From an uncultured Chloroflexia bacterium (GTDB lineage Bacteria > Chloroflexota > Limnocylindria > Limnocylindrales > CSP1-4), in the NCBI GenBank assembly GCA_963720715.1, contig CAVRGM010000002.1, positions 220,446 through 284,445 of the forward strand: DNA of 64,000 bases, written 5' to 3'. Made by a program: the position numbers and the translations under genes. Below are positions 1 through 9,285 of this stretch, in pieces (positions within the stretch are counted from its first letter, which is position 1; each line of letters opens with the position of its first letter). Under the pieces are notes generated by a model. The model had not been told where the DNA came from, ran no database searches, and worked only from the letters and a program-made list of their open reading frames with translations.

Positions 1-1486
1 CGCCCGACAACGCACGATCCGTGACCCGGACGATGACCGACTGCGCGGTGGTCTCGACTTCGATATCGACCGGGACCTCGGCCTGTCCCTGGCTGCCGTA
101 TTCGATGGCGTTCATCGCCGTCTCGCTCACGGCGGTCTTGAAGCGTTCGAAACGGGCGGGCGAGAGGCCCAGATCTGCGATCGCGGCCGCCACCCGGTCC
201 ATGGCCAGGCGTTCGTTGCCTTCTTCGCCGGGGACGGAGAATGCCGTGACGATCGCGGGATCGGCCGCGGCTCCCCCGGTGTCTTCCGCGACACCCGCGG
301 ACCGGTGGAGGGTGACGAGGGTGATGTCGTCTTCCTGTTCCCAGTCCGGGCCGGTGAACAGGTGGAGCGTATCGAGCAAACGGTCGAGCAGCTCGCTGCC
401 CGCATCGTCAACGGCCATCTCATCGCGGAGCCGCGGGAAGCCGTACATCGCCTGACTCGGATCGTGGGCCTCGACGAGGCCGTCCGAGTAGAGGAGGACG
501 TTGTTGCCGGGGGCGATGATGCCTTCCGTCTCCTCGTAGTGGATCCCCGGCATCAGGCCAAGCGGCATCCCGGTCGCACGGAGCTCGATGACGCCCTCGT
601 CGGTGCGGATGTACGGCAGGTTATGGCCGGCATTGGCCATCACGATCCGGCCGGTTTCCGGTTCGAGGATGGCGAACAGACAGGTCACGAACATGCGCGC
701 CGGCATCTCCGGGCAGAGCAGTTCGTTGGCCCGCTCGAGGATCACGCCCGGCGAGTCGCTCCTGGACGCCTCTGCGCGAAGGACGCTGTGGGTCCGGGCC
801 ATGACCAGGGCCGCCGGGACACCCTTGTCGGTCACATCGCCGACGGCGATCCCGATGCGCCCGTCGGACATCTCGATGAAATCGTAGAAGTCACCACCCA
901 CGGCGCGCGCAGGCCCGTAGTACGCGGCGATCTGCCATTGGGCCAGTTTCGGCAGCTCCCGTGGCAAGAACTGCTGCTGGATGAGGGTCGCGACGCGCAT
1001 CTCCTGCTCCAGGCGCTCGCGCTCGGCCGCTTCGTGGGCCTGCTCGCGCACGAGCTGGGCGACCCGGATCGCCGGCGCGGCCTGTGCAGCGAGGGTCGTC
1101 AGGAGCCGCCGGTCGTCGGTGGAATAGTCCTGCTCGGAAAGTCGCGGGCCGAGGTTGAGGGTGCCGATGAGCTCGCCCTGCGACACGAGCGGGACGATGA
1201 GGGCGACCCCTGCCGCGCGCATGGCATCGACCGCCGGTGTGTCCAATTCCAGTCGAGAAAGGTCGACCGGGCCAGGAGCTGTCTGAAGGTAGGCCAGAAG
1301 CGGGTCCGACTCCGGGATGTCCACGTTGATCATGTCGGTCGCCGGCGCAGTAGCGGCCGCCGGGCCGACGCCGGCGGCATCTGATGCCTCGGGGTCGACA
1401 ACGGCATCCGACATCGGACGGGCCGTGTCGCGGACGTCGCCGCCTCGACCAAGGAGGCGGCGGATCGGACGGGTCAATTCACTCAT
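1..1486 (-). CDS. GAF + SpoIIE/PP2C phosphatase + HATPase_c (RsbW-like) fusion; runs off the window edge
   Basis: Manual translation gives PARAVGGDFYDF, GDVTDKGVPAAL, ANAGHNLP, LLYSDGLVEA and QEDDITLV, then TAVSETAMNAIEYG. ATG at 1486 is preceded by GAGG. Absent from the ORF track because the stop lies outside the window. Confidence 0.9.
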   Translation of the reverse strand, partial: MSELTRPIRRLLGRGGDVRDTARPMSDAVVDPEASDAAGVGPAAATAPATDMINVDIPESDPLLAYLQTAPGPVDLSRLELDTPAVDAMRAAGVALIVPLVSQGELIGTLNLGPRLSEQDYSTDDRRLLTTLAAQAAPAIRVAQLVREQAHEAAERERLEQEMRVATLIQQQFLPRELPKLAQWQIAAYYGPARAVGGDFYDFIEMSDGRIGIAVGDVTDKGVPAALVMARTHSVLRAEASRSDSPGVILERANELLCPEMPARMFVTCLFAILEPETGRIVMANAGHNLPYIRTDEGVIELRATGMPLGLMPGIHYEETEGIIAPGNNVLLYSDGLVEAHDPSQAMYGFPRLRDEMAVDDAGSELLDRLLDTLHLFTGPDWEQEDDITLVTLHRSAGVAEDTGGAAADPAIVTAFSVPGEEGNERLAMDRVAAAIADLGLSPARFERFKTAVSETAMNAIEYGSQGQAEVPVDIEVETTAQSVIVRVTDRALSG

Positions 1487-1558
1487 CTCGGACCTCACGA
1501 TGCGGGACAGCCGTCCGGGAATCGTTACGAAGTCGTCGGCTGTACGGAACTCGTGATG

Positions 1559-1736
1559 TCACACCGCGTCCTCGGGGTCGCCGCGCAGCCAGATCCGGCC
1601 ATTCGCCGGCCGGACGGCGGCATCGACGGTCGCCAGCGCGTCGTGCCTGATGGTCGGCAGATCGACTTCGTCCCGCAGCCGGGCCGAGCAAGGCCGGGGA
1701 GCGTTCGGCTCCCGTCTCGACTCGTGCCGTGCTCAT
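1559..1736 (-). pseudogene. Frameshifted remnant of a membrane-sensor paralog (3' end only)
   Basis: Alternate frame reads SARLRDEVDLPTIRHDALATVDAAVRPANGRIWLRG, which matches the C-termini of the three adjacent paralogs. Confidence 0.7.
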
Positions 1737-2926
1737 GTGTCGCCTCCGGGATGCCGGAGCCACAACCTGACACCGACCGGCCGGACCGCTGCATCGACCG
1801 CGGCCCGCGTCTCATGACTGATGGTCGGCAGGTCGAGCTGGTCGCGAAGACGCTCGCCGAATTCGGCCTGTAGTCGCTCGCCGTCGTAGCGGCGACGATC
1901 GAATCGGTGGTCGACAGCCCCCTGGACGCGAGAGCGGACCCGGGCGAATGATGCAGCAACCACGAGCGTCGAGCCGGCGACCGCCAATGTGCTGCCGTTG
2001 GTCAGTGGTTCGAGCGCAGCCGTCAGTGCGAGCACCAGCAGGACGAAACCTCCCACGAGCAACCCGGTGACGACGGCCCAGCCGATCGTCCGACTGATTA
2101 TCCGGTCGATCTCGTACAGCCGATAGCGCAGGACCGCGATGCCGATGGCGATCGGAAACAGGGTCAGGGCGACCCCCACCGCAAGGTCGCCCACGTCGGA
2201 GTACTGGTTCGGTCCGGTTCCCGCCCCGTAGGTGAGCATCGCCGTAGCGACGACCGCCGCGGCGGCGGCGGCCCACTTGAGTTGTGCGCGTTCCACGGCT
2301 CCGGCATGTCGCCATCGGCCGACGAGCGAGAGTGCGGCGATCCCGACGCACACGACCAGCAATCCGTAAACGGCCTCCCACGCCGTCGCCAGGCTATTCG
2401 GTGGTGGGTCGAGCGGGTTCCGCAACCATGCGTAGTAGGGAAACAGGCCGGGCCGGAGCGCCACTCCGAGGACGAGGTAGGCGGCAGCAGCGGCGGCGAT
2501 CGCCACGAGCCAGCGCCACCGAGGCGACGGCAATCGCCCATCTGGAAAGATGAGGAAGAGGATCGCGACGAGGAAGAACAACGGCCCATCGAGCAGACTG
2601 ACCGTCAGCGCGGCGACCTCTGCCCCCGGCGGAGCATCGGTCTGGCGGATCCAGGCGTCCAGCGAGACGTAGCCGGCGACCGGTAGCCCGAGCGCCAAGA
2701 CCACAGGGCCGACCCGATTGCCGGGTCGTCGCACCATGATGAGCCAGCCGACGATGAGATAGGCGCTGGTGGCGGCGAGGAATACGAGGCTGAGGATCCT
2801 GTGGGACGGGTCCTGCACGATGCGCGCGATCGTCGCGATCGTGGCCAACAGGATGGCGCCACCTGCCAAGCCACCGACACCCAACGTTCGACCTCGGGCC
2901 ACCGCCGGCTGCCCCAAACTCGTCAT
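1733..2926 (-). CDS. Multi-pass membrane sensor-like protein, paralog 3 (no catalytic output domain)
   Basis: Many hydrophobic helices; motifs FPDGRLPSPRWRW, ERAQLKW and IGIAVLRYRLYEIDRII. ATG at 2926 overlaps the upstream stop (ATGA). Confidence 0.85.
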   Translation of the reverse strand: MTSLGQPAVARGRTLGVGGLAGGAILLATIATIARIVQDPSHRILSLVFLAATSAYLIVGWLIMVRRPGNRVGPVVLALGLPVAGYVSLDAWIRQTDAPPGAEVAALTVSLLDGPLFFLVAILFLIFPDGRLPSPRWRWLVAIAAAAAAYLVLGVALRPGLFPYYAWLRNPLDPPPNSLATAWEAVYGLLVVCVGIAALSLVGRWRHAGAVERAQLKWAAAAAAVVATAMLTYGAGTGPNQYSDVGDLAVGVALTLFPIAIGIAVLRYRLYEIDRIISRTIGWAVVTGLLVGGFVLLVLALTAALEPLTNGSTLAVAGSTLVVAASFARVRSRVQGAVDHRFDRRRYDGERLQAEFGERLRDQLDLPTISHETRAAVDAAVRPVGVRLWLRHPGGDT

Positions 2927-4110
2927 CGCGTCCCGTCCCGCAGCCACACGCTCATGACGGTCGGTGCCATGACCCCCCGGACGGTGGCATCGAGATCGGC
3001 GGTGACGGTGGCGAGATCGACCTCGTCACGCAAGCGTTCGGAGAACGCGGCACTTGTCCGCTCCCCGTCGTAGCGGCTCCGATCGAACCGTCGGTCGACC
3101 GCCCGCTGGACCCGCCGGCGCAAGGGCTGGAACAGGGCGAACGCGAGCAGGGTGGAACCGGCCACGGCCAGCGTCTCTCCGCCGGTATCGGTCACCCCGG
3201 CCAGGACCGCCTCGAAGGCGATGACCGCACCCGAGAACACGATCACCAGCAGCCCGGTCACCAGGCCATAGCCGATGGTCCGCGACACGATCCGGTCGAT
3301 GTCGTACAGCCGATAACGCAGCACGGCGATCCCGACGGAGATCGGGAGGAGAAGCATCGCCACGAAACCCAGGAGGAACAGACCGTCCCCCAACCCCGAC
3401 AGCGCCGGGACACTGAATGCTGATAACACGAATGCGGCCGGGAACGCGATCGTGGCAAGACCGGCCGTTGCCAGCAACCACTTGACCTGCTCGCGGAGGA
3501 TCGGGTCGCCCCGATGGAACCTGACCCACAGAGCTGCCGCCCCACCCCCGAACCCGATCAAAGCCGTCAGGTTCGCGAAGTCATCGAGCGCATCAAGGAA
3601 CGGCACGAGCGCGGGGATCCCGAGCGGGTTATCGGGTCCCGTCTGCCCCGCCTTGCCGGGGTAGAAGAGGCTGGCGATCGTGATGGCCGCCATGGCGAGG
3701 AGCGTGAGCCAGGCGACCCACCGGAAGCGGCGCGACGGAAGGTGGCCATCCGGAAATACCAGGGGGATGCCGATCAGTGCGATGACGACCGGAAAGACAT
3801 AGAACAGATCGGCCACCACGCCAAACGCCACGGATCCCGGCCAGATCGGTTCTGCCGCGGATCCGAGTCGCGAATAGGTCGACAGACTCACCCCCGCGGT
3901 CAACAGGATCCCCGACCCGAGGAGCAGGACGCCGACGAGATTGCCCGGGGCGCGTGTCATGAGTAGTGCGCCGACGAGCATGAGCGATGCCGCGATGCTG
4001 AAGAAGAGGGCGTTCGCGCTGAGGTCCGATGCTTGGTCGACCGCCGCCGCCAGTACGAATGTGGCCATCGCCATGGCGGCAACGACCCATGGCCATCTCC
4101 TCCGCCTCAT
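2923..4110 (-). CDS. Multi-pass membrane sensor-like protein, paralog 2
   Basis: FPDGHLPSRRFRW, REQVKW, VGIAVLRYRLYDIDRIV and RLRDEVDL. Confidence 0.85.
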   Translation of the reverse strand: MRRRRWPWVVAAMAMATFVLAAAVDQASDLSANALFFSIAASLMLVGALLMTRAPGNLVGVLLLGSGILLTAGVSLSTYSRLGSAAEPIWPGSVAFGVVADLFYVFPVVIALIGIPLVFPDGHLPSRRFRWVAWLTLLAMAAITIASLFYPGKAGQTGPDNPLGIPALVPFLDALDDFANLTALIGFGGGAAALWVRFHRGDPILREQVKWLLATAGLATIAFPAAFVLSAFSVPALSGLGDGLFLLGFVAMLLLPISVGIAVLRYRLYDIDRIVSRTIGYGLVTGLLVIVFSGAVIAFEAVLAGVTDTGGETLAVAGSTLLAFALFQPLRRRVQRAVDRRFDRSRYDGERTSAAFSERLRDEVDLATVTADLDATVRGVMAPTVMSVWLRDGTR

Positions 4111-4231
4111 CGTGACCTGCCCAGGAACCGGGGGTCCCGACGTGGGCCGTGCCGTGACTGCCCGGATCGTGGATCGAGGTCGGCGCCGACGGGGGCACGC
4201 TCGATTCCGTTTGGATGGCAGGTCAGCGGGA

Positions 4232-5419
4232 TCACGTCGTCACCTTCTGACTTGTCCGTCCGGGGGTCGTCACGCGGACCGCGTCGGACGGATCTCCGTG
4301 ACGAGGACGCAACCACAACCCGAGCCGGGTCGGCCTGACAGCCGCTCGAACCGTCGCATCCAGATCGGCCGTGACCGTCATGATCTCCACCTGGTCCCGA
4401 AGGCGGTTCGCGAATGCTTCGGTCGTCCGCACCGCGTCGTATCGGGCGCGGTTGAACCGCCGGTCGACTCGGTCGCGAACGATTCGAAGCGCCGGCTGGA
4501 AGATCGTGAATATCACCAGGGTCGAGACGGCCACGGCGATCGAAGCGCCCTGGCCGTACTGGGCGAGGGCGGTCGAGAGGGTCAGCACCATGGCTCCGAA
4601 GGCCGTGGCGAGGGCGCCGGTCACGACGGCATACGACACGGTCCGGCTGACGATGCGGTCGATCTCGTACAGGCGATAGCGCAGGACCGCGATCCCGATC
4701 ACGACCGGCAGGAGGAGGAGCGTCAGGATGGCCACGAGCCAGAAGGCGGCGGCCAACGCCGGGTACGGGGTGCTGTCAGGATCGGCGTTCGACAGCGCGA
4801 GGGGGAACGCGATCGCGGCGAGCGCAGCGTCCGCCATGAACCACTTGACCTGCTGGCGCTGGATGGCGTCGCCACTGCGGAATCTGACGCCGACGGCGAT
4901 GACGGCTCCCGCGAATCCGATGAGCGTGGACACCAGGACGATCGGGTCGGTAACGCTGCCCGAGCTCGAGTCCGGGCCGCGGAGGACTCCGACCGTCCAG
5001 GCGGCCAGGCTGAGGACCAGCGCCCCGCCCACCCAGCGGAACCGACGGGAGGGCAGGTGACCATCGGGGAACACGAGCGGGATCCCGATCAGCGCGATCA
5101 TGATCGGGTAGAAGAACAGGATGTCGTTCAGGGTGTGGGCGACGTCCGAGCCGGGCCACGGCGGGGAAGCCGCCCCGCCGACGTTCGCGTAGGCGCCAAA
5201 GCCACTTGATGCCACGATCAGGATCCCGGCGACCATGAACATCGGGCCGATCGGGTTCGACGGCACTCGCGTCCAGAGCAGCGCTCCGATGAGGACGAAC
5301 AGGATCACGATCGGCAGCCACAGCAGGACGGAGGGATCCGAAAGCTGGACCAGGCTGATGCCGACGAAGGTGGAGATGGCGAGGCAAGCCGCTGACCAGG
5401 CGATGACGCGGCGGTTCAT
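4232..5419 (-). CDS. Multi-pass membrane sensor-like protein, paralog 1
   Basis: FPDGHLPSRRFRW, RQQVKW, IGIAVLRYRLYEIDRIV and RLRDQVEI. Confidence 0.85.
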   Translation of the reverse strand: MNRRVIAWSAACLAISTFVGISLVQLSDPSVLLWLPIVILFVLIGALLWTRVPSNPIGPMFMVAGILIVASSGFGAYANVGGAASPPWPGSDVAHTLNDILFFYPIMIALIGIPLVFPDGHLPSRRFRWVGGALVLSLAAWTVGVLRGPDSSSGSVTDPIVLVSTLIGFAGAVIAVGVRFRSGDAIQRQQVKWFMADAALAAIAFPLALSNADPDSTPYPALAAAFWLVAILTLLLLPVVIGIAVLRYRLYEIDRIVSRTVSYAVVTGALATAFGAMVLTLSTALAQYGQGASIAVAVSTLVIFTIFQPALRIVRDRVDRRFNRARYDAVRTTEAFANRLRDQVEIMTVTADLDATVRAAVRPTRLGLWLRPRHGDPSDAVRVTTPGRTSQKVTT

Positions 5420-5582
5420 CGAACCGCGCCTCGTTCGGCGAGGCGGGCGGAGGCGTACCGGGTCATGGGGCAGGCTCTCGGCAGGCCGGTCGAGCGGCGA
5501 TCGGGGTCATCACGTTGGATCCTGGCCCTTCAGCGTCCGCATAACGTTACGGGATGCGGATGTTGCGCGGTACCGTTACGGC

Positions 5583-8438
5583 ATGACATCGAGCCGGCCC
5601 ATCTTGCATGTTCGCCTGCTCGGACCGATGGAGTTGATGGTCCGCGACCGCCCTGTCGTCGTGGATACCCGCAAGGCCCTGGCGATCGTCGCGCTGGTCG
5701 CGGCTGAGCATCGGCCGTTCGCGCGGGAGGAACTGGCCGCCATGTTCTGGCCCGATGCCGATGACGAAGCGGCGCGGGGCGCGCTGCGAAGGACGCTCTC
5801 GTCGCTCAGGACGGCCATCGGGCAGTCGGGCTTGATCATCGAGCGGAGCCAGGTCGCGCTCGACCCCGCGCACTCCCAAGTCGATCTGGACGATCTGGAG
5901 CGCCTGGCCGCGTCAGATCGTCTCGACGACCTCGATGCAGCGTCGCGGCTCGCCCGTGGCCCATTCATGGCCGGCTTCGCACTCCGGGACAGCCCCGACT
6001 TCGACGATTGGCTGGCCGTCCGAACCAGCCGGGTAGAGCGCCTCGTCGGCGACCTGCTCGACCGGCTGGCCGCGGCTCGGAGCGGACACGGGGACCTGCC
6101 GGGAGCGATCGAGGCGGCCAGCCGCCGAGTCGACCTGGACCCTCTTGACGAAGCGGGTCAACGGCGCGTCATGGCTCTCCTCGCAGCGTCGGGTGACCGG
6201 GCCGGCGCGATCCGCCAATACCGCGGGTTGGTCGGCCTGTTCGAGCGTGAACTCGGCGTGGCCCCACTGCGCGAGACGACCGACTTGTACGAAGCAATTC
6301 GCGAAGGTCGGATCATCCCGGACGAGACCCCGGCCCCGGTCGACGTGCCCGCATCCGGCGTGGATCCCTCCGCCGAGCGCCCTGGGCTGACGCGGCCGCG
6401 ACTGGTCGGGCGCGACCACGATCTCGCGGCGATCCTCGATCCCATCGGTAGGGCGCGCCGGGACGGTCGTCTCGTGATCATCGAGGGTGAGGCCGGTATC
6501 GGAAAGACGCACCTGGTCGAGACCGCGGTGGCGGCGATCCAGGCGGGCGGGGGCAGGGTCCTCGCGGGACGAGGCTATCCGGGCGAACATGGCATCCCGT
6601 ACGGGCCGATCGCCGAGCTCCTTCTCGCCGGGATGGCCATGCCCGGTGGGCTCGAACGAATGGCTGACCTTGACCCTCTGACCCGACTCGAGATCGGTCG
6701 CCTCGTGGACCTGCCCGCATCGGTGCGTCCGCCGGCGCACGCCTCGCCGGCGACCGGCGAGGGCGCGCAGTTGCGGCTTCTCGAATCGCTCAGCCGAGCC
6801 CTCACGAGCCTGGTAATGGTTCCGGGCCGTGGCGTGATCTGGCTTGACGACCTCCACCTGGTCGACGACCCCACTCGCGAAACCGTGGCCTACCTTTCCC
6901 GACGACTGGCCGGCCGACCGGTGACCCTGATCGTCGCCTGGCGTCGTGAAGACCTGTCCGCCGAAGCCGTCGTGACGGCGGGCGAACTCGTCAAGCTTCG
7001 AGGAACGACGCGGCTCGTTCTTGGCCGCCTCGATCGGACCGGCGTTGCCGAGATGGTTCGTGCGACGCGACCCACGCTGGCGGTCGATGACGCGTTCGTG
7101 GACGCGCTGAGCGCGAGTTCAGAAGGACTACCCCTCCATGTCGCCGAGGTGCTGGCGAGTGGTGAGGATCCGGGCCTGGCGATGCCCGGCGGCGTCAGAG
7201 CCCTGCTCACCGAGCGGATCGCGTCGGTCGGCGAAGCGGCGGGGCAGATCCTGGCCGCCGCCGCGGTGATCGGTCGAGTCTTCGATCTGGGCACCTTGCG
7301 ACAGGCAAGCGGCCGGTCGGAGGATGAGACCGTGACGGCGCTCGAAGAGCTCATCCGGCGCGGCTTCATCCGTGAGTATCCGGATCCCGTGGGTGGGTCC
7401 GTCCGCTACGATTTCAGCCACGGCAACCTGCGCGACGCCGCGTACGAATCGACCAGCCTGGCTCGCCGCCGGTTGCTGCACCGGCGGACTGCGGATGCGT
7501 TCCGCGCCGAGCCCGGGATGGCGGCCCGGGACGACGTCAGCCTCCCCGCCCTGGTCGCCTTCCACGAACACGAAGCCGGTCGTTTTCCGGAAGCAGCCGA
7601 GGCATATCGCGAGGCTGGAGAACGAGCCCTCGCGGTCTTCGCGAATCGCGAGGCGATCGCCTACCTGGAGGCGGCATTGGCGCTCGGCCATCCCGACACG
7701 TCAGGGATCCACGTCCGCATCGGCGAATCACGGGCGCGTCTCGGACGGTATCCCGCGGCCATCGAATCGTTCGAGGCGGCGGCCGCGGCGGCCGATCCGG
7801 ATCAGCTGCCGGCGATCGAACTGAGCCTGGGACGGGTGGACCGCCGGCGGGGCGATCTCCCAGGGGCCGCCAGCCACCTTGATGCCGCGCTTGCGGCTGC
7901 GGACCTGGACCCCCTCGTGCGTGTCCGGGTCCTCGTGGAACAAAGTCTGGTCTCGCTCGGGCGCGGCGCGCTAGACCAGGCGTCGGCATCAGCGGGCCTG
8001 GCGCTCCAGGCGGCGGACCAGGCTGACGACGACCCGGGTGCCGGCATGGCCGAGCGGATCATCGGACTCGTGGCGCTCGAACGGGGTGACGTCATCGGTG
8101 CGCGGTCCGCACTCGATCGGAGCCTGGCCCTGGCGAGGTATGACCCGGAGCCGACCGCCTCGATCGCGGCGATGACCGCGCTTGCCCGGGCGTTGGCCGC
8201 GGATGGATCAGTCGACGACGCGATCCGGTACGCCATGGAAGCGATCGAGGCCTGTCAGCGTATCGGGGATCACCACCTCGAAGCTGCCGTCGAGAATCAC
8301 CTGGCCGACCTGCTTCATGACGCTGGTCGCGAGCTCGACTCGATGGCGCACCTCAAACGAGCCGTTGCCCTGTTCGCCGAGATCGGTGATGGCGTCCCGG
8401 CTTCCGAGCCTGGGATCTGGGCGCTGGCGGCCTGGTAG
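5583..8438 (+). CDS. SARP/BTAD transcriptional regulator with AAA ATPase and TPR-like C-terminus
   Basis: N-terminal VRLLGP winged helix; BTAD (FDDWL, DPLDE); Walker A GEAGIGKT; Walker B WLDDLH. TACCGT lies 6 nt before ATG 5583. Confidence 0.9.
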   Translation: MTSSRPILHVRLLGPMELMVRDRPVVVDTRKALAIVALVAAEHRPFAREELAAMFWPDADDEAARGALRRTLSSLRTAIGQSGLIIERSQVALDPAHSQVDLDDLERLAASDRLDDLDAASRLARGPFMAGFALRDSPDFDDWLAVRTSRVERLVGDLLDRLAAARSGHGDLPGAIEAASRRVDLDPLDEAGQRRVMALLAASGDRAGAIRQYRGLVGLFERELGVAPLRETTDLYEAIREGRIIPDETPAPVDVPASGVDPSAERPGLTRPRLVGRDHDLAAILDPIGRARRDGRLVIIEGEAGIGKTHLVETAVAAIQAGGGRVLAGRGYPGEHGIPYGPIAELLLAGMAMPGGLERMADLDPLTRLEIGRLVDLPASVRPPAHASPATGEGAQLRLLESLSRALTSLVMVPGRGVIWLDDLHLVDDPTRETVAYLSRRLAGRPVTLIVAWRREDLSAEAVVTAGELVKLRGTTRLVLGRLDRTGVAEMVRATRPTLAVDDAFVDALSASSEGLPLHVAEVLASGEDPGLAMPGGVRALLTERIASVGEAAGQILAAAAVIGRVFDLGTLRQASGRSEDETVTALEELIRRGFIREYPDPVGGSVRYDFSHGNLRDAAYESTSLARRRLLHRRTADAFRAEPGMAARDDVSLPALVAFHEHEAGRFPEAAEAYREAGERALAVFANREAIAYLEAALALGHPDTSGIHVRIGESRARLGRYPAAIESFEAAAAAADPDQLPAIELSLGRVDRRRGDLPGAASHLDAALAAADLDPLVRVRVLVEQSLVSLGRGALDQASASAGLALQAADQADDDPGAGMAERIIGLVALERGDVIGARSALDRSLALARYDPEPTASIAAMTALARALAADGSVDDAIRYAMEAIEACQRIGDHHLEAAVENHLADLLHDAGRELDSMAHLKRAVALFAEIGDGVPASEPGIWALAAW

Positions 8439-8456
8439 TCGGGCCGGGGGTCAGGG

Positions 8457-9200
8457 TCAGTTCGGCGCCTGCACCTGATTGGCCGGATCGTCGATGTGGG
8501 TCACCTCGATGGAGAAGTTCTCCTGACCGGCGAAGCCGGAGGACTCCCAGGCGACGAGGATCCCGCTGTCGTCGGCGATCCATAGATCGATGATCGCGTC
8601 CGCTGGAACGCCGGTGAGACCGCCGGCCAGCGTCGACGAGTCGATCCGATAGTGGGTCGCACTGACCCCGTTCTTCTCCTCGGTACCGACGGCCAGGGCG
8701 CTCTGGGTCCATGCCGGTGAGGCAAAGGCCGCGACGTACAGGGACGGATCGAAGGCCTGGAGCATCGTGCCGGCGAGCCCGGACGTGTCCTTCTGGAACG
8801 ATACGCCATCTTCCGAGACCCAGATGTCGGACCCGATGACGATGAACGTGGAGCCACCGGCGCTGACCTTGCGTGAGAGCGTCGGCTTGGTCACGACCGT
8901 CGCCGAGAACGCTTCAGCGCCATCGGCAGTCACGCTGACCTGATACGAATCCACCTTGTCCAGGTTGGCGACCAACCCGCTGACATCGAACGATGGGATC
9001 GCGCCGGCCGGGATGCCCGGCGTGGCCTCACCACCGGGCTCGGCCGAAGTGGGCGTGGCCTGTGGCTCGACGGAAGTCGGAGTGGGCTGGGCGTCGCCCG
9101 GAGCCGTGGTGGCTGCAGAGCCGCCACAGGCGCTGACAACGATCGCACTGAACATGAGCAGCGAAGCAGCGCCGGGCAGGGCGCGACGAGATCGGTTCAC
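8457..9200 (-). CDS. Lipoprotein (possibly LppX/LprAFG-like fold)
   Basis: Signal peptide with lipobox VSAC, Pro/Thr linker, and GTEEKNGVSATHY motif. Confidence 0.7.
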   Translation of the reverse strand: MNRSRRALPGAASLLMFSAIVVSACGGSAATTAPGDAQPTPTSVEPQATPTSAEPGGEATPGIPAGAIPSFDVSGLVANLDKVDSYQVSVTADGAEAFSATVVTKPTLSRKVSAGGSTFIVIGSDIWVSEDGVSFQKDTSGLAGTMLQAFDPSLYVAAFASPAWTQSALAVGTEEKNGVSATHYRIDSSTLAGGLTGVPADAIIDLWIADDSGILVAWESSGFAGQENFSIEVTHIDDPANQVQAPN

Positions 9201-9285
9201 GGATGGATCCCCCGAGTCGGGCCGGACGGATCGCCGGCGGCCACGATGATGGCGGGCGCAGCCCCGACACGCAACAGGACTCTCG

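Noticed and set aside
305-1384. 359-aa plus-strand ORF
   Set aside because: It is the antisense shadow of the PP2C gene, which carries the real motifs.
5235-5582. N-terminal extension of the BTAD ORF in the track
   Set aside because: It overlaps paralog 1 on the opposite strand; the -10 box and domain start point to ATG 5583.
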